Origin: Camelus dromedarius
Taxonomy: Eukaryota
Reading direction: 5' to 3'
Assembly (NCBI RefSeq): GCF_036321535.1
Contig: NC_087436.1
Span: forward strand, 24,058,001-24,122,000
DNA: 64,000 bases
Shown: positions 24,753-38,922 of the stretch, in pieces
Numbering within the stretch: position 1 is the stretch's first letter
How the letters are laid out: each line of letters opens with the position of its first letter
Translations under genes and position numbers: made by a program
Notes under the pieces: model-generated
The model's database searches: none
Seen by the model: the letters and a program-made list of their open reading frames with translations, nothing else
What the model was told of the DNA's origin: nothing

Positions 24753-26141
24753 CTCCACCTCTCTTTTTAATACTTGCTCCTCCTTTACTCTCTGGCTTTA
24801 TTCCTCCCCCCTTCCCTCTCCTTCAACTCCCAGATCACAGTAATTCTCTTCCAATTAGCCTTCCCCTATGAAAAAAAAAAAAAAGTAGCCTGCTGCTCCT
24901 TAGGGTAGCTGTTAATCCTTCTATGTTCAATCCAGGCTGTAGTTGTTTTTGTTCGTTTTTTAACTGACAAATCCTTCTTGGGGCCCCCTTGGCACTCTGC
25001 TTTCCTGGGGCTGGGGGAAGGGGCTTCCCTCAGACTCCCTGGTTACCTAGCAACTTGTCTCCTTTCTGACAAGTCCCCGCCCCTGCGGAGATGCCAGCTG
25101 ATGTGCACACACAAAGGGAAAGTGACACCACTGCGCCTCTTCCCCCCTTAGAAGGCCTCCCTGTTCATTAGCACTGTGATAAGTGGCTGCTATGGGCAGC
25201 CGCCCGCCCCATGCCCTCTCCCCGATTAAGCCAGCCATGCTGCCCTCCCAGGGATCTTGGAGTGATAGCAGCCTGTCAAGTTCCTGAGACCCTGGGTATG
25301 TACTGGGAATTTCAGATTTAATCCCTAATTACATCCAGCCCATCACCTCTGTAATAGGAGCCATAATAGCCTTTTCATTGTTGTCTTCAAGTCAGTGGGG
25401 CCGCATGGAAAACGATATCTATGTTCACGCATATCTTCTATTTTATTGCTACCTCCTCTCCTTACACTGCAGAAGGAAGGGGGCTCTGCTTCTCCCCTGC
25501 AAAAGTCTTTATGAAAGAAGCTGTTTGCTCACCACCCTTCAAGGCCTCCGCCCCCAACCATCCTTTGTTTCTTCTTTACACATTCATGAATTAACTGCTT
25601 TGGGCCCAGGATTGGTAACCGACTTTAATTTATCACCGAAGATAGAGATGCCCCCAGATCACACTTGTAGAGGAGAAAGTTGGTTGATCCTGGACCAACT
25701 GAGGAAGGAAGGTTTCTCAACCTCACTTTCTGTAATCCCGAAATAGACAGTAGAATAGCGGGATAAAGGAGCAAGAAAGAGAAAAACAAGTTCTACTCTA
25801 AAAAAACAAAAAAGCTGTTCATAGCGGTAATAATTATAATAGACAAAAATAGTAAGTTACGCACATGTCCAATAGATGAATGCCCAAGTCAGTATAATAA
25901 CACAGCAGATTATTAGATTGATTTTATAAATGGTAGGCCATTTATATGGACCACATCAATCATCGGGATAAATATGTCTTATATATTTGAATATGCATAA
26001 TCCATGTAACAGATAAATATATGTGATATATATTTGTATACCCAGTAATTCAGGGCAAAAGAATCCAAGAGAGCTTGAACAACTGGCTAGATATATGCAA
26101 AAATATTTGTAACTGTTCAGAAAAATTAGAATATGTGAAAA

Positions 26142-27227
26142 CAGCAAAGGAAACCATAAGCAAAACAAAACAACAACCTACAGAATGGGAGAAAATATTT
26201 GCAAAAGAGGAGACTGACAAGTGCTTAATATCCAGAATATATAAACAGCTCATACAACTTAATAACAAAAAACAAACAACCCAATCCAAAAATGGGCAGA
26301 AGACCTAAACAAGCAATTCTCCAATGAAGACACACAAATGACCAGCAGGCACATGAAAAAATGCTCAATAGTGCTAATTATCAGAGAAATGCAAATCAAA
26401 ACTACAATGAGGTATCACCTCATACCAGTCAGAATGGCCGTCATTCAAAAGTCCATGAAAATTAATGCTGGAGAGGGTGTGGAGAAAAGGGAACCCTCCT
26501 ACATTGCTGGTGGGAAACAGTTTGATGCAGCCATTATGGAAAACAGTATGGACATTCCTCAAAAAACTAAAAACAGACTTACCATATGATCCAGCAATCC
26601 CACTCCCGGGTATATATCCAGAAGGAACTCTAATTCAAAAAGATACATGCACCCCAATGTTCATAGCAGCACTATATACGACAGCCAAGACATGCGGGCA
26701 ACCTAAATGTCCATAGACAGATGACTGGATAAAGAAGTTGTGGTATATTTATACAATGGAATACTAATTGGCCATAAAAAAGAATAAAATAATGCCATTT
26801 GCAGCAACATGAATGGACCTGGAGATCATCATTGTAAGTGAAGTAAGCCAGAAAGAGAAAGAAAAATATCATATGATATCACTCATATGTGGAACCAAAA
26901 AAAAAAAAAAAAAAAGGACACTCATCTACAAAACAGAAACACACTCGCAGACATAGTAAACAATCTTATGGTTCTTGGGGGAATGGAGTGGGAAGGGATA
27001 AATTTGGGAGTTTGAGATTTACAAATGTTAGCACTATATATGAAAATAGATTTTTAAAAAAGTTTCTTCTGTATAGCACAGGGAACTATGTTGAATATCT
27101 TGTAATAACTTGAATGAAAAAGAATATGAAAACAAATATATGTATGTATATGCATGACTGGGACATTGTGCTGTACACCAGAAATTGACACATTGTAATT
27201 GACTGTACTTCAATTAAAAATAAATAA
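26142..27227 (+). mobile_element. 5'-truncated L1 with disrupted ORF2 C-terminus
   Basis: [26 protein letters not shown] and [10 protein letters not shown]...KDTCTPMFIAAL in shifting frames; perfect 14-bp TSD AGAATATGTGAAAA (26128-26141 / 27228-27241). Confidence 0.95.
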
Positions 27228-27254
27228 AGAATATGTGAAAAGATATGAATAGTA

Positions 27255-27580
27255 TAGAGGTGCATAGTCCATTATGGTAGCCAATAGCCACATGTAGCTA
27301 CCGAGTATTGGAAATATGGCTAGTCTGAATTGACATGTGTCATAAGTGTAAAACTGCATTCAAAGACTTAATATGAAAAAAATATTAAAAATCTTATCAA
27401 TAATTTTATGTTGATTATGTGTTAAAATGGTTATATTTTTAATACACTAGGTTAAATAAACATTTCATTTAAATTAATTCCACTTGTTTCTTTTTACGTA
27501 ATGTGTGGTTACCAGAAAATTTTAAATTATGTATGTGGCTCTCATTTGTGGCTTGTGTTATATTTCTGTTGGCCCATGCT
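27255..27580. mobile_element. MER33/MER3-like hAT-Charlie element
   Basis: 'atggtagccaatagccacatgtagcta...ggctagtctgaattg...aaattatgtatgtggctc...atatttctgttgg'. Confidence 0.75.
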
Positions 27581-28714
27581 AAGTTTAGAATTTAATGTTT
27601 ATTAGGACTTTTTTAAAATAAAATTGCTAAATTTCTTGTTCTGTTTATATTTATAAAGTGTATGAGGTCTGGAATAGGGAGTAATTTGAAAGCAATATTT
27701 CCACAAAGACCAGTTCTATGGCTGCGTTCTCCATTCTACAGTTGACTTTCGACAAATACGGGAGACTGTGGCTTCCCTGAGAAGATGGGAAGGAGTGAGG
27801 TGTGGAGGGAGGGGAAGGAGGCCTGGAAAGGAGAAGAGGAAGGCCATGTACTTAAGAGATGACAGGGTTATTGACAACTAAATGTTCAAAATATGAATAG
27901 GTGGCCTCCTTCTAAGATGTCACTTGTCATTCTGGAGAAGGCTTCTTTCCCAAACCAACTCTTTCCTACTGGCCTGTCAGCTTGACCTCCTGGAGTTGAG
28001 ATGTGTCCTTCTATCTATTGTCATCAGAGGAAGAACAGATTCATTAAGCTAAAAGTAAATTATATTTCTTGGTGTGCAATTTACTATTTTGGTCATTTAT
28101 GTGTTTGGTTTCACTGTTAGACCTCTTTCCTTCAGGACAGTTTGTTGACCGAAGGTCTGAATGGGAGTGGGTGGAGGTGGTAGAGTGGTGAGCAGAACAC
28201 TGCTGGTGCTGAGGATGGAGCAGAGGCACCGAGGGCCCCAGGGAAGGGGACATGGCAGAGAAATGAGATGCTCACCTACCTAACCAATCTTTAGCTACAA
28301 CTATTCATGGGTGTGTGACCAGGATGTTCTAGCAGCTAGAACTGTCCCAGCATATGCTCTCACAAACCATTTGGGAGAGAAGTTAGTAGGAAAAACTAAG
28401 CGTATTCTACATTTCAGAGACTCTCCAGACTTAAGAGAGAATAATCCTTATATTCAGGCCTGATCCTAAGGTGGCTGCCTTGGGGGCCACTTTCATGGCT
28501 ATGGAAAATGTCCCCCAAATTGACCCATGGTCATAGAAGCTCATTAAATTTGGAAGAATTACTTTTTATCCAACATAAAAAAAAATCAAAGTGTAACATT
28601 TCTTCTTAAGAAAAAGAAATTGTTATTCAACTACTACATCCCATTTGTTCAATAAACATTCATTGAACTCCTACCAGGTACCATTCACCCAGTTAATAAA
28701 TACTAAACCTCCAC

Positions 28715-29230
28715 TATGTAGAATATTGTATAGCTGAGACTCTAGACTCCAAAGACTGCCTGGATTCAAATCTTGTCTCTACTACTTCCTGTCTGGATGA
28801 CTCTGGGCAAATTACTTGATCTCTCTGAGCCTCTTTCTTCATCTGTAAAGTGTAGTAATAATATGTCATTGTTACAATTAAATGAGCTGGAAAATACATG
28901 AAAAATACTTAATACATGAAAAACACCGCACAAAGTAGATAATATGTAAGTATTTTCTGCTATATGCTAGCCATTGTGATGGGGTAACAAAGATAAGCAC
29001 AACACAATTTTTGCCCTCAAGGATACTCCATCTGAAGGATACTCCATCTGACAGCCTTTCCAACACATTACTTCATTTAACCTTGACAATCAGCCCAGGA
29101 GTTAGCACTGTTAATCTGAGGCTCAGGCAGACTAAACTACCTGCATGAGATCACACAAATAATAAATGACAGATTTAGAACTGGTTATTCTGACCCTAAA
29201 TCCAGGCCTCTTTGCTCAATAGCATGCTGT
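28715..29230. mobile_element. Two MIR copies in opposite orientation
   Basis: 'actgcctggattcaaatc...ctctgggcaaattacttgatctctctgagcctc' (+) and 'ctgaggctcaggcagactaaactacctgcatgagatcacac' (-). Confidence 0.75.
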
Positions 29231-32200
29231 CTTTCCAGTCTTTCTAAAGGAAAGTCTTAGCTCAGCCCATGAAGCAGAAGGCTCCATCCCCAACAGCATT
29301 ACAGAGATATTTTCTTTGCTGCAGTATTAGTGTGTCTGGGGAACCAAGTAACAGGAAGTCCTGACTGAATTTGGCTTATACATTAAAAAAAAATTCTCTC
29401 ACATTTTTAAGTTTCACTGTAGGTTGCTTCAGGGTTTGATGGTTTCATGGTATCACAAAGGACCCAGATTCACTCCATCTCTCTGCTCTGTCAAAGCAAA
29501 TGGGATACCATGACTGGCCCTGCAAAACAATGATGTATCCCCGGATAGGAAATAGGGTTACCTTTACAGAGCATACGAGGGTGGACACAACCGCAGAATC
29601 AGAGCTTCTACTGCTGGTTGTATAGGCAGCCAACAGTTCAGTACAGGCAAAAACAAAGCCAAGTGACACCAAGTGTCATCAAGAGTAGCATTACTTTGAC
29701 AACTAATAGAGTCCTCACCTCAATTTAAAAGCAAATCCCCAAATCAAAGTAGACTATAGATAAGTTAAAATGGGATGTCTATCACACCGTAGTGATGAGA
29801 TTTTTAGTTTTGCCCAAACCTTGTTTATTTTGAGAGCTTGGTTAAGGGATCATCAAAACATACAAGTTGTCCTAACTGATTCAAATCTTTTAAAACAAAA
29901 TTTGTGACTGCTTCCCCTCCGGGAGTGCTTTTTTTTTTTTTTTTTTTTTAATCAACCACAAAAAGACGGTAGAAGATAGTAAAATACAGAAAGAGATGTG
30001 TAGCAACCAAAGGGAAATGTTATCCTTCCTAGGAGACAGGATTTTATAGGATTCCTGGATCTTTTTTGTATCTGATTGTTGAAGTCTTGACAGCTTTTCA
30101 ATTGAGGAACACGGTCATGTCTGTTAAACTAATTGTAGCTGTTCACTCCACTATATAATTTTACAACATTTTGGCTTCAAATAGAATGGCTTCAATAAAC
30201 ATAAAGCAGACTGACACATCCCAGATTTCTGCAGTTTATTTTACACCAAGAAATTACATTTAGAGATTTCCAGACACATGCTATAAATGAAAATTCAACA
30301 GGAAGTTTCTTTCACTTCCTCTAGATCTGACCTACATTTCAAAAATATATGAGTGGGCTATAACCAGAAACTTCTCTCGCTGCCATTATTCACGCTGTGT
30401 TTTCTGAAGAATTTTTTTCTCCTCATTGACTCTAATGGCCCTTGAGGGAACTGTAGACTTCGGGAGTCCTTATGCAGCCCTAAGTGAAATGGCAGGTGTT
30501 ATCAATGGGGATGGCCACATGGTACAGCCCTGGGCCAACTACATCCACCAGATTAACCAGAAAAGTCAGACCTCTGTGCTTTTTCATGGAATGGTTGAAA
30601 CCCATGGCTTTTTCATCTATACAACCTTAGATATTTTTAGTGTGAGCAGCCATTTGGTGGCTACACCTTCCTCAAATCTATGCCACCCACCTCTCTACAG
30701 GAATCAGTGTGGTGATAAATTAGATTCAATACGTGTGGCATTGCTGGCTTTTTAGCAAATAGTGCCATCTAAAGTCAAGACCTTGTTTAAAAAAAGCTAA
30801 GGCCCGTAATATACCAACTTACATAGATTTTATTTTTCTCTAGGTTACAATATCAACACAGAGAATTCCCACACCTCCTCTAACTCTTAAGAGTTCTGGA
30901 ATTCAGTACAGGAGTCTGGTGTCGTCCCTGGGCAGATATGTGTGGCTTTGTGCCCGGCAAAATATGTGCTTCAAAGAAGCCTTTCTTTCCATTTCAGAGT
31001 GGCTTCCACAAGGGAGCTGGATAAGATGCTTACAGCAGAGCAACCACTGCCCTCCACATCCTGGGTAAACTGCCAGGAGACATGCAGGAAAGGGGGAAGC
31101 CAGCTAAGCGATAATGTGTTGATTCACTTTAAAGATCTAAAGCTGAAGAGGAATTCGGTGCGGAGTGAGGAAGTTAGAGGCACTTCCGTCTTTAGCAGGG
31201 ATTTAAAACTCAAAGGCATCCAGGAACCAGACAGGTAATATAAATTGTCAAGTGGCGAAACGAAGCCAATAGGAAGTGACAAGGACTGGGGTAAGTGAGA
31301 GAGTACAAGACCCTGCCTAAGGGCATTCAAATTTTAAAAGTTAAAAAATGAAAACAAACAAGCAAACAAAAAAATTACTGCATATCCAAATAAAATGTGC
31401 CCTCCAGTTACTGCACATGATCTTATGTAGGACATCTAGGAAGAAAGTTGGTTTTTAAGATGGTGGGTATTTCTCCTTAAAAGCCAGACTCAACTTCTAA
31501 TAAGGTACAAAGTATTGCATGTGCTGAAATTCATACTCAGTCTCGGGTTAAACAAGACATCGGTACACATACCTTCTCCCCTGGTGCTCATCCCCTAACA
31601 GCAGCAGCAGCACCCCAGTAACAATCACCAATGCTCCTCTAACCCTAAATATGTGCCAGGTGCTCCTCTAAGCACACATATTAATTCATTTTTTATACTC
31701 AAAACAACTTTATAAAGTGGATACTACTCATATTCCATCTTGTACATAAGGAAACAAAGGCTCAGAGTCAGTGCTCGTGGTTGGATTTGAACCAGGATAG
31801 AAGCTCAGTGCTTCTCTACTAAACTCAATACGATTTGAGCTTCAGGAGGATTTCAGTGGCTTCCTCGTGACCTGGGGATCATCCCTATACCAATCCGGTC
31901 ATTTCACTGACTAGAAGTCTGAGCTTCAAACTTTTCTTTGAAACGCCTTTCACAGGAAGCAATGCATTGTCCCTCTCCATCCAGTACACATGGATGTGAT
32001 GGTAACACACACAGCACACAAGGCACTCTCGGCTGTTCTATTCGTTTCTGTTCTGTACCATTTTTTTTTAATTGCTGGTCACAGACAATTAGATTGATTT
32101 CTGCAATTTGAAAATCACTAATAAAAGGATCTTTTCTCAGCCCCAGTACATATATGGTCAAATACTGATTGACGTGGCTGTCCAGAAAAAAAACCTCGTG

Positions 32201-33289
32201 AACATTGCCACTGCCGTGAGTTTCACCTCCCGAAGACAGGCATTAGCATACCAACAAAAGAGTGAATTACTGTCACTCTTTGCAAGCACAAACGCCTCTT
32301 TCACAATTGTCACAGTCAAAAAGCAATTAGTATACAAACAGCACAAAAGTTAAATGGTTTGTCCTTACAGCCTAATCTTACAATACCACCCTCTATTCAA
32401 ACGCCGCTCAGTATATATCTAAGGCAACTGAATAAAAAGAATCCACTCTTTTTTCTTCCCTCTTTATTTTTCTTTCTTTTCTTTTCTTTCCTTCTTTTCT
32501 TTCTGTCTTGCCATTTTTCTTTCTTGCCTTCCTTCTTTCTCTTCGTCAGCCTTTAAGTCAACAAACAAGTATCGAGCGTCACCAAGACAGATACACACCC
32601 TGGCCTCAGGGAGCTGGCAATCCAGTGAAGGACTGAAACAAACTGGCAGCTCAGCCTAGACGTGTGTATGTTTGATGCCAGTTTGATTCCTTTTTCCTTT
32701 TTGTAATAAGTGACATACCAAAATATTTCTCAAGAGCAGTGCAATAAATATTTTCTGTCAAGACACCAGGCATCTAAAGTGAAGCCCAAAACAAACAAAC
32801 CCACAGTACTTCTCATATATTCTGCTGTCTGCCCTGGAAAACGTTTGCCTGCAACCAAGACTGGAGAGGAAACAGGTGTTTGGTTTCATTTTTCATGAGC
32901 TTCTCGTCTGGTTCTCTGTGTCGGTTGCCTGTGATGATTATCTTGCCCTGAGTTTTATAGATATCCTTGCAACTGAGTCAACATATGTACATAAATCAGA
33001 TACGCTGGTGGCGGGGTGAGGGGTGGGGAACTCTGTTTTCACCTAATGTCCAAATGATTGACGCCAAGCTATTTATTATCACTTACACTTTCCAGTAACT
33101 TGATAACCTAAGTTCTGAGTCCTCTGCTTAGCGAAAATTCCAAGGAGCCTATAGATAGTACAGCAAGTACAATATCACCCCCTGGATAGGAGGTGGCATA
33201 TATTACTCTGGGTTAAATTTCACTGAAAAATGTTTACAAGTATAGAAAAAAGGGGGTTGGGATAGGAATCCAAGGAACTCCCTCATCTC

Positions 33290-33860
33290 CTTCAATCTGT
33301 GCTCCATGATAACCCCTCAATGAAGCCCATCCACATACACCCACTCCCAGCCCCCATTACACCTGCTCTATTTCATTTTTTTCCACTATATTTAATAACT
33401 TCCAACATACTTTATGACTGACTTATTTAATATATGTTTAGTATGTTAATTGTTGGTTGTTTATTGTCTTGGCCCCCACTGGAGGGTAAGCCCCTAATAG
33501 GACAGAAAGTTTCTTTGTTTTGCTTACTGATAATTACTAAGCCCAATCAGTGAACAAACACTTACTGATTGATTGATTGAATAAATTAATTAATTAAAGG
33601 AAGAATGCATCTATTGAGTATCTATTATGATCCATAACGCAAAGTATGGGCTTTGAAATCAAATTGCCTGTGTTCAACTTCCAGCAACTCTACTTATTAG
33701 CTGTTAGCCTGGGGCAAGTTACCTAATCCTCCTGGTTTCCTCAAGAACAATATTGGTAGGATGATGGTAATGCCTAGCTCTCAAAGACACTGTAAGACTT
33801 AATTAGGATAATGCTCCCTATCCAGAACATGCTAAATCCTCAACAAATGTTAGCTATCAT
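33290..33860 (+). mobile_element. L2 3' end followed by a MIR
   Basis: L2 tail 'ttactgattgattgattgaat' (~33560); MIR 'tgcctgtgttcaacttccagc...ggggcaagttacctaa'. Confidence 0.7.
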
Positions 33861-34454
33861 TAGTGTGCACCTGGCATCATCATATCTCATTTTAATATCT
33901 CATTTTAATACAGGATCTTATTTTAATACAGGAGCCTGACACTGTATCTGTGGCGTTCCCCCGAGAATTATGCGAAAACTCATGGCCAATCTGGACATGA
34001 CCTGAATATAACCCCCAATCTGGGGATCCTTGCTAAAACCAGAAGAGTCAAAGAACAGTCTTAGAAACACAATGAATTTTGCTGGAAAATAGGAGGTGTT
34101 GACTTTTCTTCCCTCCAAATAGCAAGGAATCAATTGACTAAACATTTTACCTGTGTACTACCAACCCAAATCAGGGGTTCCAAAGTAAAATTCATGTAGA
34201 CACCAACAGAAATACGATTGTGCATACAAGGATAAATTTTCTTATAACAAAAATAAGTTGGTCAAGGGCACATTCCAGAAAGATTGTCCTTGTAAGCCTC
34301 TGTTTCAACAACTGATGAGAAAATCACATGCAGCCAAGCCATTTTCCATTCCCACTGGGCCAACACATAGAGGCCCAAATTCAAGTACTATTGCCAACTA
34401 AGACACACTGAGCTGCAGGGCCGAGTAAAATGTAAAGATTCTTATCATAAATGT

Positions 34455-34752
34455 CATTAACATAATGTTGTTAAGATAGCAACACTCCCCAAATTGATCT
34501 ACAGACTCAATACAATTTTTATCAAAATCTCAGCTGCCTCTTTGTATAGAAATGAATGGACAAACTGATCTTAAAATTCATACGGAAATGCAAGGGACCC
34601 AGAATAACCAAAGCAATCTTGAAAAATAAGAGCAAAGTTGGAGGACTCAGAGTTCTTAATTTTAAAACTTATTACAAAGCCATAATAATCAAGACAGTGG
34701 TACTGGCATAAGGAAACACATATAGATCAAAGAAATAGAGTTGAGAGTCCAG
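34455..34752 (+). mobile_element. L1 ORF2 internal fragment
   Basis: 'gttaagatagcaacactccccaaattgatctacaga...aaaattcatacggaaatgcaagggacccagaataacc...agacagtggtactggcataagg'. Confidence 0.85.
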
Positions 34753-35819
34753 ATTTAAGCTCAAAGGCTAGAGAGCAACCCTGTGGCAGAAAAATTCTGA
34801 TGAGGACCCACCACTGGGATGAGATGGCACACCCAAGAGTCAGATTCCAAGGTGAGGCAGACATCTGACTGGCTTAACCGGGGTCACTTGTCTGCTCCCA
34901 GGCTAAGAGAAGGCAGGGCTTCTAATTACAGGCCTCCCACCCGAGAAGAGATAAGTACAGATAGGAAAGTCAGAATATCGTTAAGAAAACTTAGTCTAGG
35001 CTTTCCCTAGATTCTAGACTGTTCCTATGGATTTCCAAGGAATAAAAAAAGTGGAAAAGCCTACTCTGGAAGGGATAAGGGTTTCCCACTCCTTCTTGTG
35101 TAGTTTCGCCATTATATATATATATATATCTATGCTGCTTTACATTTTTTTTAGTTCTGGTGCTTCTCTGCTTCACTTGTTCCCAAATCTTTTGCCACAC
35201 TCTTTATTCTTTATATATATGCCTATCCCTGCCCCTCCCCGAACATCTTTACTACACCAGCCTCTCTCTCACACACACACACATTCATCCTACATTCTTA
35301 TCACAGCAGCAAAAAGTTCATTAACTGCATGGATTTTTGATTTAGACTGAATGAACTTTGAATTCAAGTTTTGCTTTTTATTTGCTTGTACCCCTCAGGC
35401 ATGTACCTAAACTCTAAGCTCATTTCCCTGTCCATAAAATGAGGGTAATACAAATACTGACCTCACAGGAGTCTTGTGATGTTTAAATGAGGTGTGTATA
35501 CGATACTTAGCCCAGAGCCTGGCACAGTGTCAGTGCTCACTTAATGACGCACAGTAGCCGTGACTGTACTCTAAGACTGGTTTCATGCTGCTGAAGATCA
35601 GAGAAAGAGACACCCTGGCTTACCCACAGGAATTATATATGCAAAAAATAATTCCTTATTAAGGTAGAAATTTTCCTAGACATAGTATCTCCAGTGTCCT
35701 TGTACTGACCTGTCTTTGGATGCTCTTAATAAAAATACATGGTTCTATTAAATCTGTTGCTTTTTAAAGGGTGATTTTTAGGCTTGCATATAAAATTATT
35801 AAGGGGTAGAGAAGTATAC

Positions 35820-36010
35820 ACTGTGAAAGAGATAACAGAAGCGGGATTTCGCTTGGAAAAAAAGGCAGAGTGTGTGAAATTAATAGCTGCCTTCAATAAG
35901 GACATTAAAAGCTATTATGACGAGTATAGTGGTCAGCTCCCTTCCATTTCCACTAAGACAGAAATGAATTATGAGGCTTAACTGTGGCATTTAAAGTAGA
36001 GATTTAGCCA
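35820..36010 (+). mobile_element. L3/CR1 LINE remnant (ORF2 C-terminus)
   Basis: ORF 35784-35981 reads GFRLEKKAECVKLIAAFNKDIKSYYDEYSGQLPSIST, resembling the CR1 motif GLFSLEKRRLRGDLIAAF.YLKG.Y.E.G.QLFSIST. Confidence 0.7.
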
Positions 36011-36600
36011 ACTCTGGATTAAACACCCTTAAAAAAAGGAATCAAGGAATGGATAATGCAAACCAGTTTATAATGGAAAAAAACAGTTCGGCTTTGAAGT
36101 GAAGTCATTGACGTGTTAAGGGAACGTTTTTATGAAGACAACCATTGACTGTTATGCAGATTTCTTCCCCCTGCTGCATTCATTTATTGCACAGTTGACT
36201 GGACCATTTGGTAGACTATTTTTGGAAATTTTTTACGCTGAGACATCTTAATTAGCTTGTATCACAGTTTGAAAAAAAAAACAGGCCATCTTTATACTGG
36301 TTTGTAGACCTTCGTCAGCCAGAGGAGCACCGTTTCTAAAGTCAGGCCAGCCTCCTGGCACAGGGACTCCTTATTTTCAAAACCCTACTCCATGCAGGCT
36401 CCCGTCTTCCAGTGAAGATTTTGGCTCTTGATTTAAGCTCTTTGTCTCCACTCCATGACCTGTCAGCATCTTAAGTCACCTCAGGATCCACCATGATGAC
36501 TAGAGTTCCTCACTTCATGGTCACACCCTTGACCTCATAGCAGCAGATCCACTCCTCCTTGGAAATCATACCTACCACAGTAACTTCTCACCCTTCCAAC

Positions 36601-37076
36601 GGAGGCAGACTGGGATCTGGTACTTGGGACCCTTTATTGCAGTGCTTGTACCTAGACAAACATCTCTGGAAGCAACAGAATACAAATAAACTATAAGGGA
36701 CTAAAAATAACTGTGTGCATGTGCAGTCGGGGCCAGTCAGGAACAACAAGATACAAAAAGACCAAAAACCCAATTGCCATTTCTGAGGTGTCAGGAGCAA
36801 AACCAGGCTACTAGGCATGATCCCTGCCCACAGCACCAGCAAGGGGGTGGGCAGACCACCTAAGCCACCCCTCCAGCCTGACCCTGGCCCCACCCGTACC
36901 CTCACCACATTTAAGGGACCAGCCCACGCCACCTCAGGGAGCGAGCAAGGGAACCTGTTACTTGTTTTCACTCCTTTGTGCTGCAGCAAGAGTCCAAATA
37001 AAGCCTTGCCTGAATTTCTCGTCTGGCCTCATCAATTTCTATTGATTACAGAATCCAGGAACCCAGGTTGGTAACA
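36601..37076 (+). mobile_element. ERV1-class solo LTR
   Basis: AATAAA at ~36997; ends GGTAACA; 4-bp TSD CAAC (36597-36600 / 37077-37080); the 5' TG appears mutated to GG. Confidence 0.8.
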
Positions 37077-37469
37077 CAACTAGCTCACTCAATTACTACA
37101 CAGGTAACATCTCTTCGACCTCTGCAGCCCCATCTTGTTTCTTGAGTCAACTCTCTCCTGATCTCCAGAGTGACTGCTGCAAACCTCCACCTGCAATCCT
37201 TTCTCCTCCACAGCACCCTCAGCAGATCACCCCACCCCATCTGGTAGATGCTGCCAGAAAAGGACACCTGTAACATGTGCCACCAAATCATCACACCCAT
37301 CTTCTTCCACCTTTCCCCTTTCCTCTGGTTACAATGGACAGGTCATCCTCATCCATCCTGTCCTCCTGGACCCTGAACTCTCCTCAACTACCTTCTCTGG
37401 GATGGATTCACTCCTCTTTTTCTCTTCAGTCTCTCCCTTTCTACAGACTCTTTCCATCAGCATTTAAAC

Positions 37470-37521
37470 ATATCCATTGTCTGACTGGATAGAGAAGTTG
37501 TGGTATACATACATACCACAT

Positions 37522-37563
<42 letters not shown>

Positions 37564-37985
37564 CATATATATACATATACATATATATATAATGAAATAC
37601 CACTCAGCCATAAAAAAGAATAAAACAGCGCCATTTGCAGCAACATGGATGGACCTGGAGATTGTCATTCTAAGTGAAGCAAGTCAGACAGAGAAGACAA
37701 ATATATTACTTACATGTGGAATCTAAAAAAAAAAAATAGGACACAAATGAATTTATTTACAAAACAGAGACAGGCTCATAGACATAGAAACAAACTTACG
37801 GTTACCAGGAGGGAAAGGGTGTAGGGAGAAATAAATTGGGAGTTAAAAGTTTGTATATACTGATATATATAAAATAAATAAACAAAAAGGTCCTACTGTA
37901 TAGCACAGGGAACTATATTCAATACCTTGTAATGGCCTATAATAAAAAAGAATATGAAAAGGAATATATATGTATAACGGAATCA
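37470..37985 (+). mobile_element. L1 3' end containing a (TG)n/(TA)n microsatellite (~37524-37590)
   Basis: 'cagccataaaaaagaataaaacagcgccatttgcagcaacatggatggacctggag'. Confidence 0.9.
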
Positions 37986-38490
37986 GCAGATGGCCAAATT
38001 CTCACTGTCATCTCATGGCCTTTTCTTAGGAAGTTCTGATGTCTCTTCCTCTTAAGGCTACCAGTCCTATTGGATAGGGCTCACCATTATGACCTCGTTT
38101 AACCTGAATTACCTTAAAGGCTCTGACCCCCAACATGATCACAGTGGGTTTATGGCTTCAATATACAGATTTGAGGGGCACATAATTCAGTCCATAACAG
38201 GCCCGAAATGCAATCACATGCATCCTTATCATGTAGACACACAGAGAAGAGGAGGAGGCAATGTACCAAAGAGGCAGAGACTGGGTGATTCAGTCACAAG
38301 CCAAGATATGCCTGGAGCCACCAGACAAGGGACAGACAGGAACAGATTCTCCCTGGAGCCCTGGGAAGATGTGAGGTCCTGCCAACATCTAGTTTCAATT
38401 TCTGGCATCCAGAACTGTGAGAGAATAACTTTTTATTTTTCATGCCACCTGGTTTGTGATCATTTGTTAGAGGAGCCACAGGAAAAGAAT
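37986..38490. mobile_element. Two adjacent MLT1 LTR fragments (minus then plus)
   Basis: 'ccagtcctattggatagggc...cataattcagtccataaca', then 'ccagaactgtgagagaataac...gtgatcatttgtt'. Confidence 0.7.
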
Positions 38491-38922
38491 CCATGAGCTC
38501 ACAGACGAGGTTGAGCCGCCTGCTCGCTGCTCCCATGGCCCCAGTCTGCCCTTGTCATAACCCACATCATTCTGGATTGTAAGGTTTTATTTGAAGTCGC
38601 TCTTCACTTCTAGACTGCAGGCTCAAGGGGGCAGAGAACGGCTTTCTTGTCCACCACTGCTCCCCAGAGCCTGGTATGTAGCAATGCTCAATAAATATAT
38701 ATGAGCTGGATAAATACATGAGCTGGTATTGAGAATTTCTTGGCTGGGAGAGTTGATAAATAATAGACCGGGCTATGAAAACAAAGTAGGAGACATACTC
38801 AGTCCTCTGAAATAATTAGGTAAGGTCTTGTCTACAGACCTCAGAATAGCCTTTCAGGGATTTTCTAGTCCCCCGAGGCAGTGACCCTGTGGTTTGCAGT
38901 TTTCCCAGCAACTTGAGCTTTG

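Noticed and set aside
26075..26716. Protein-like ORFs (also 41093-41507, 56442-56747, 60507-60728, 17203-17415)
   Set aside because: Frameshifted L1 ORF2 remnants, not host genes or intact retrotransposons.
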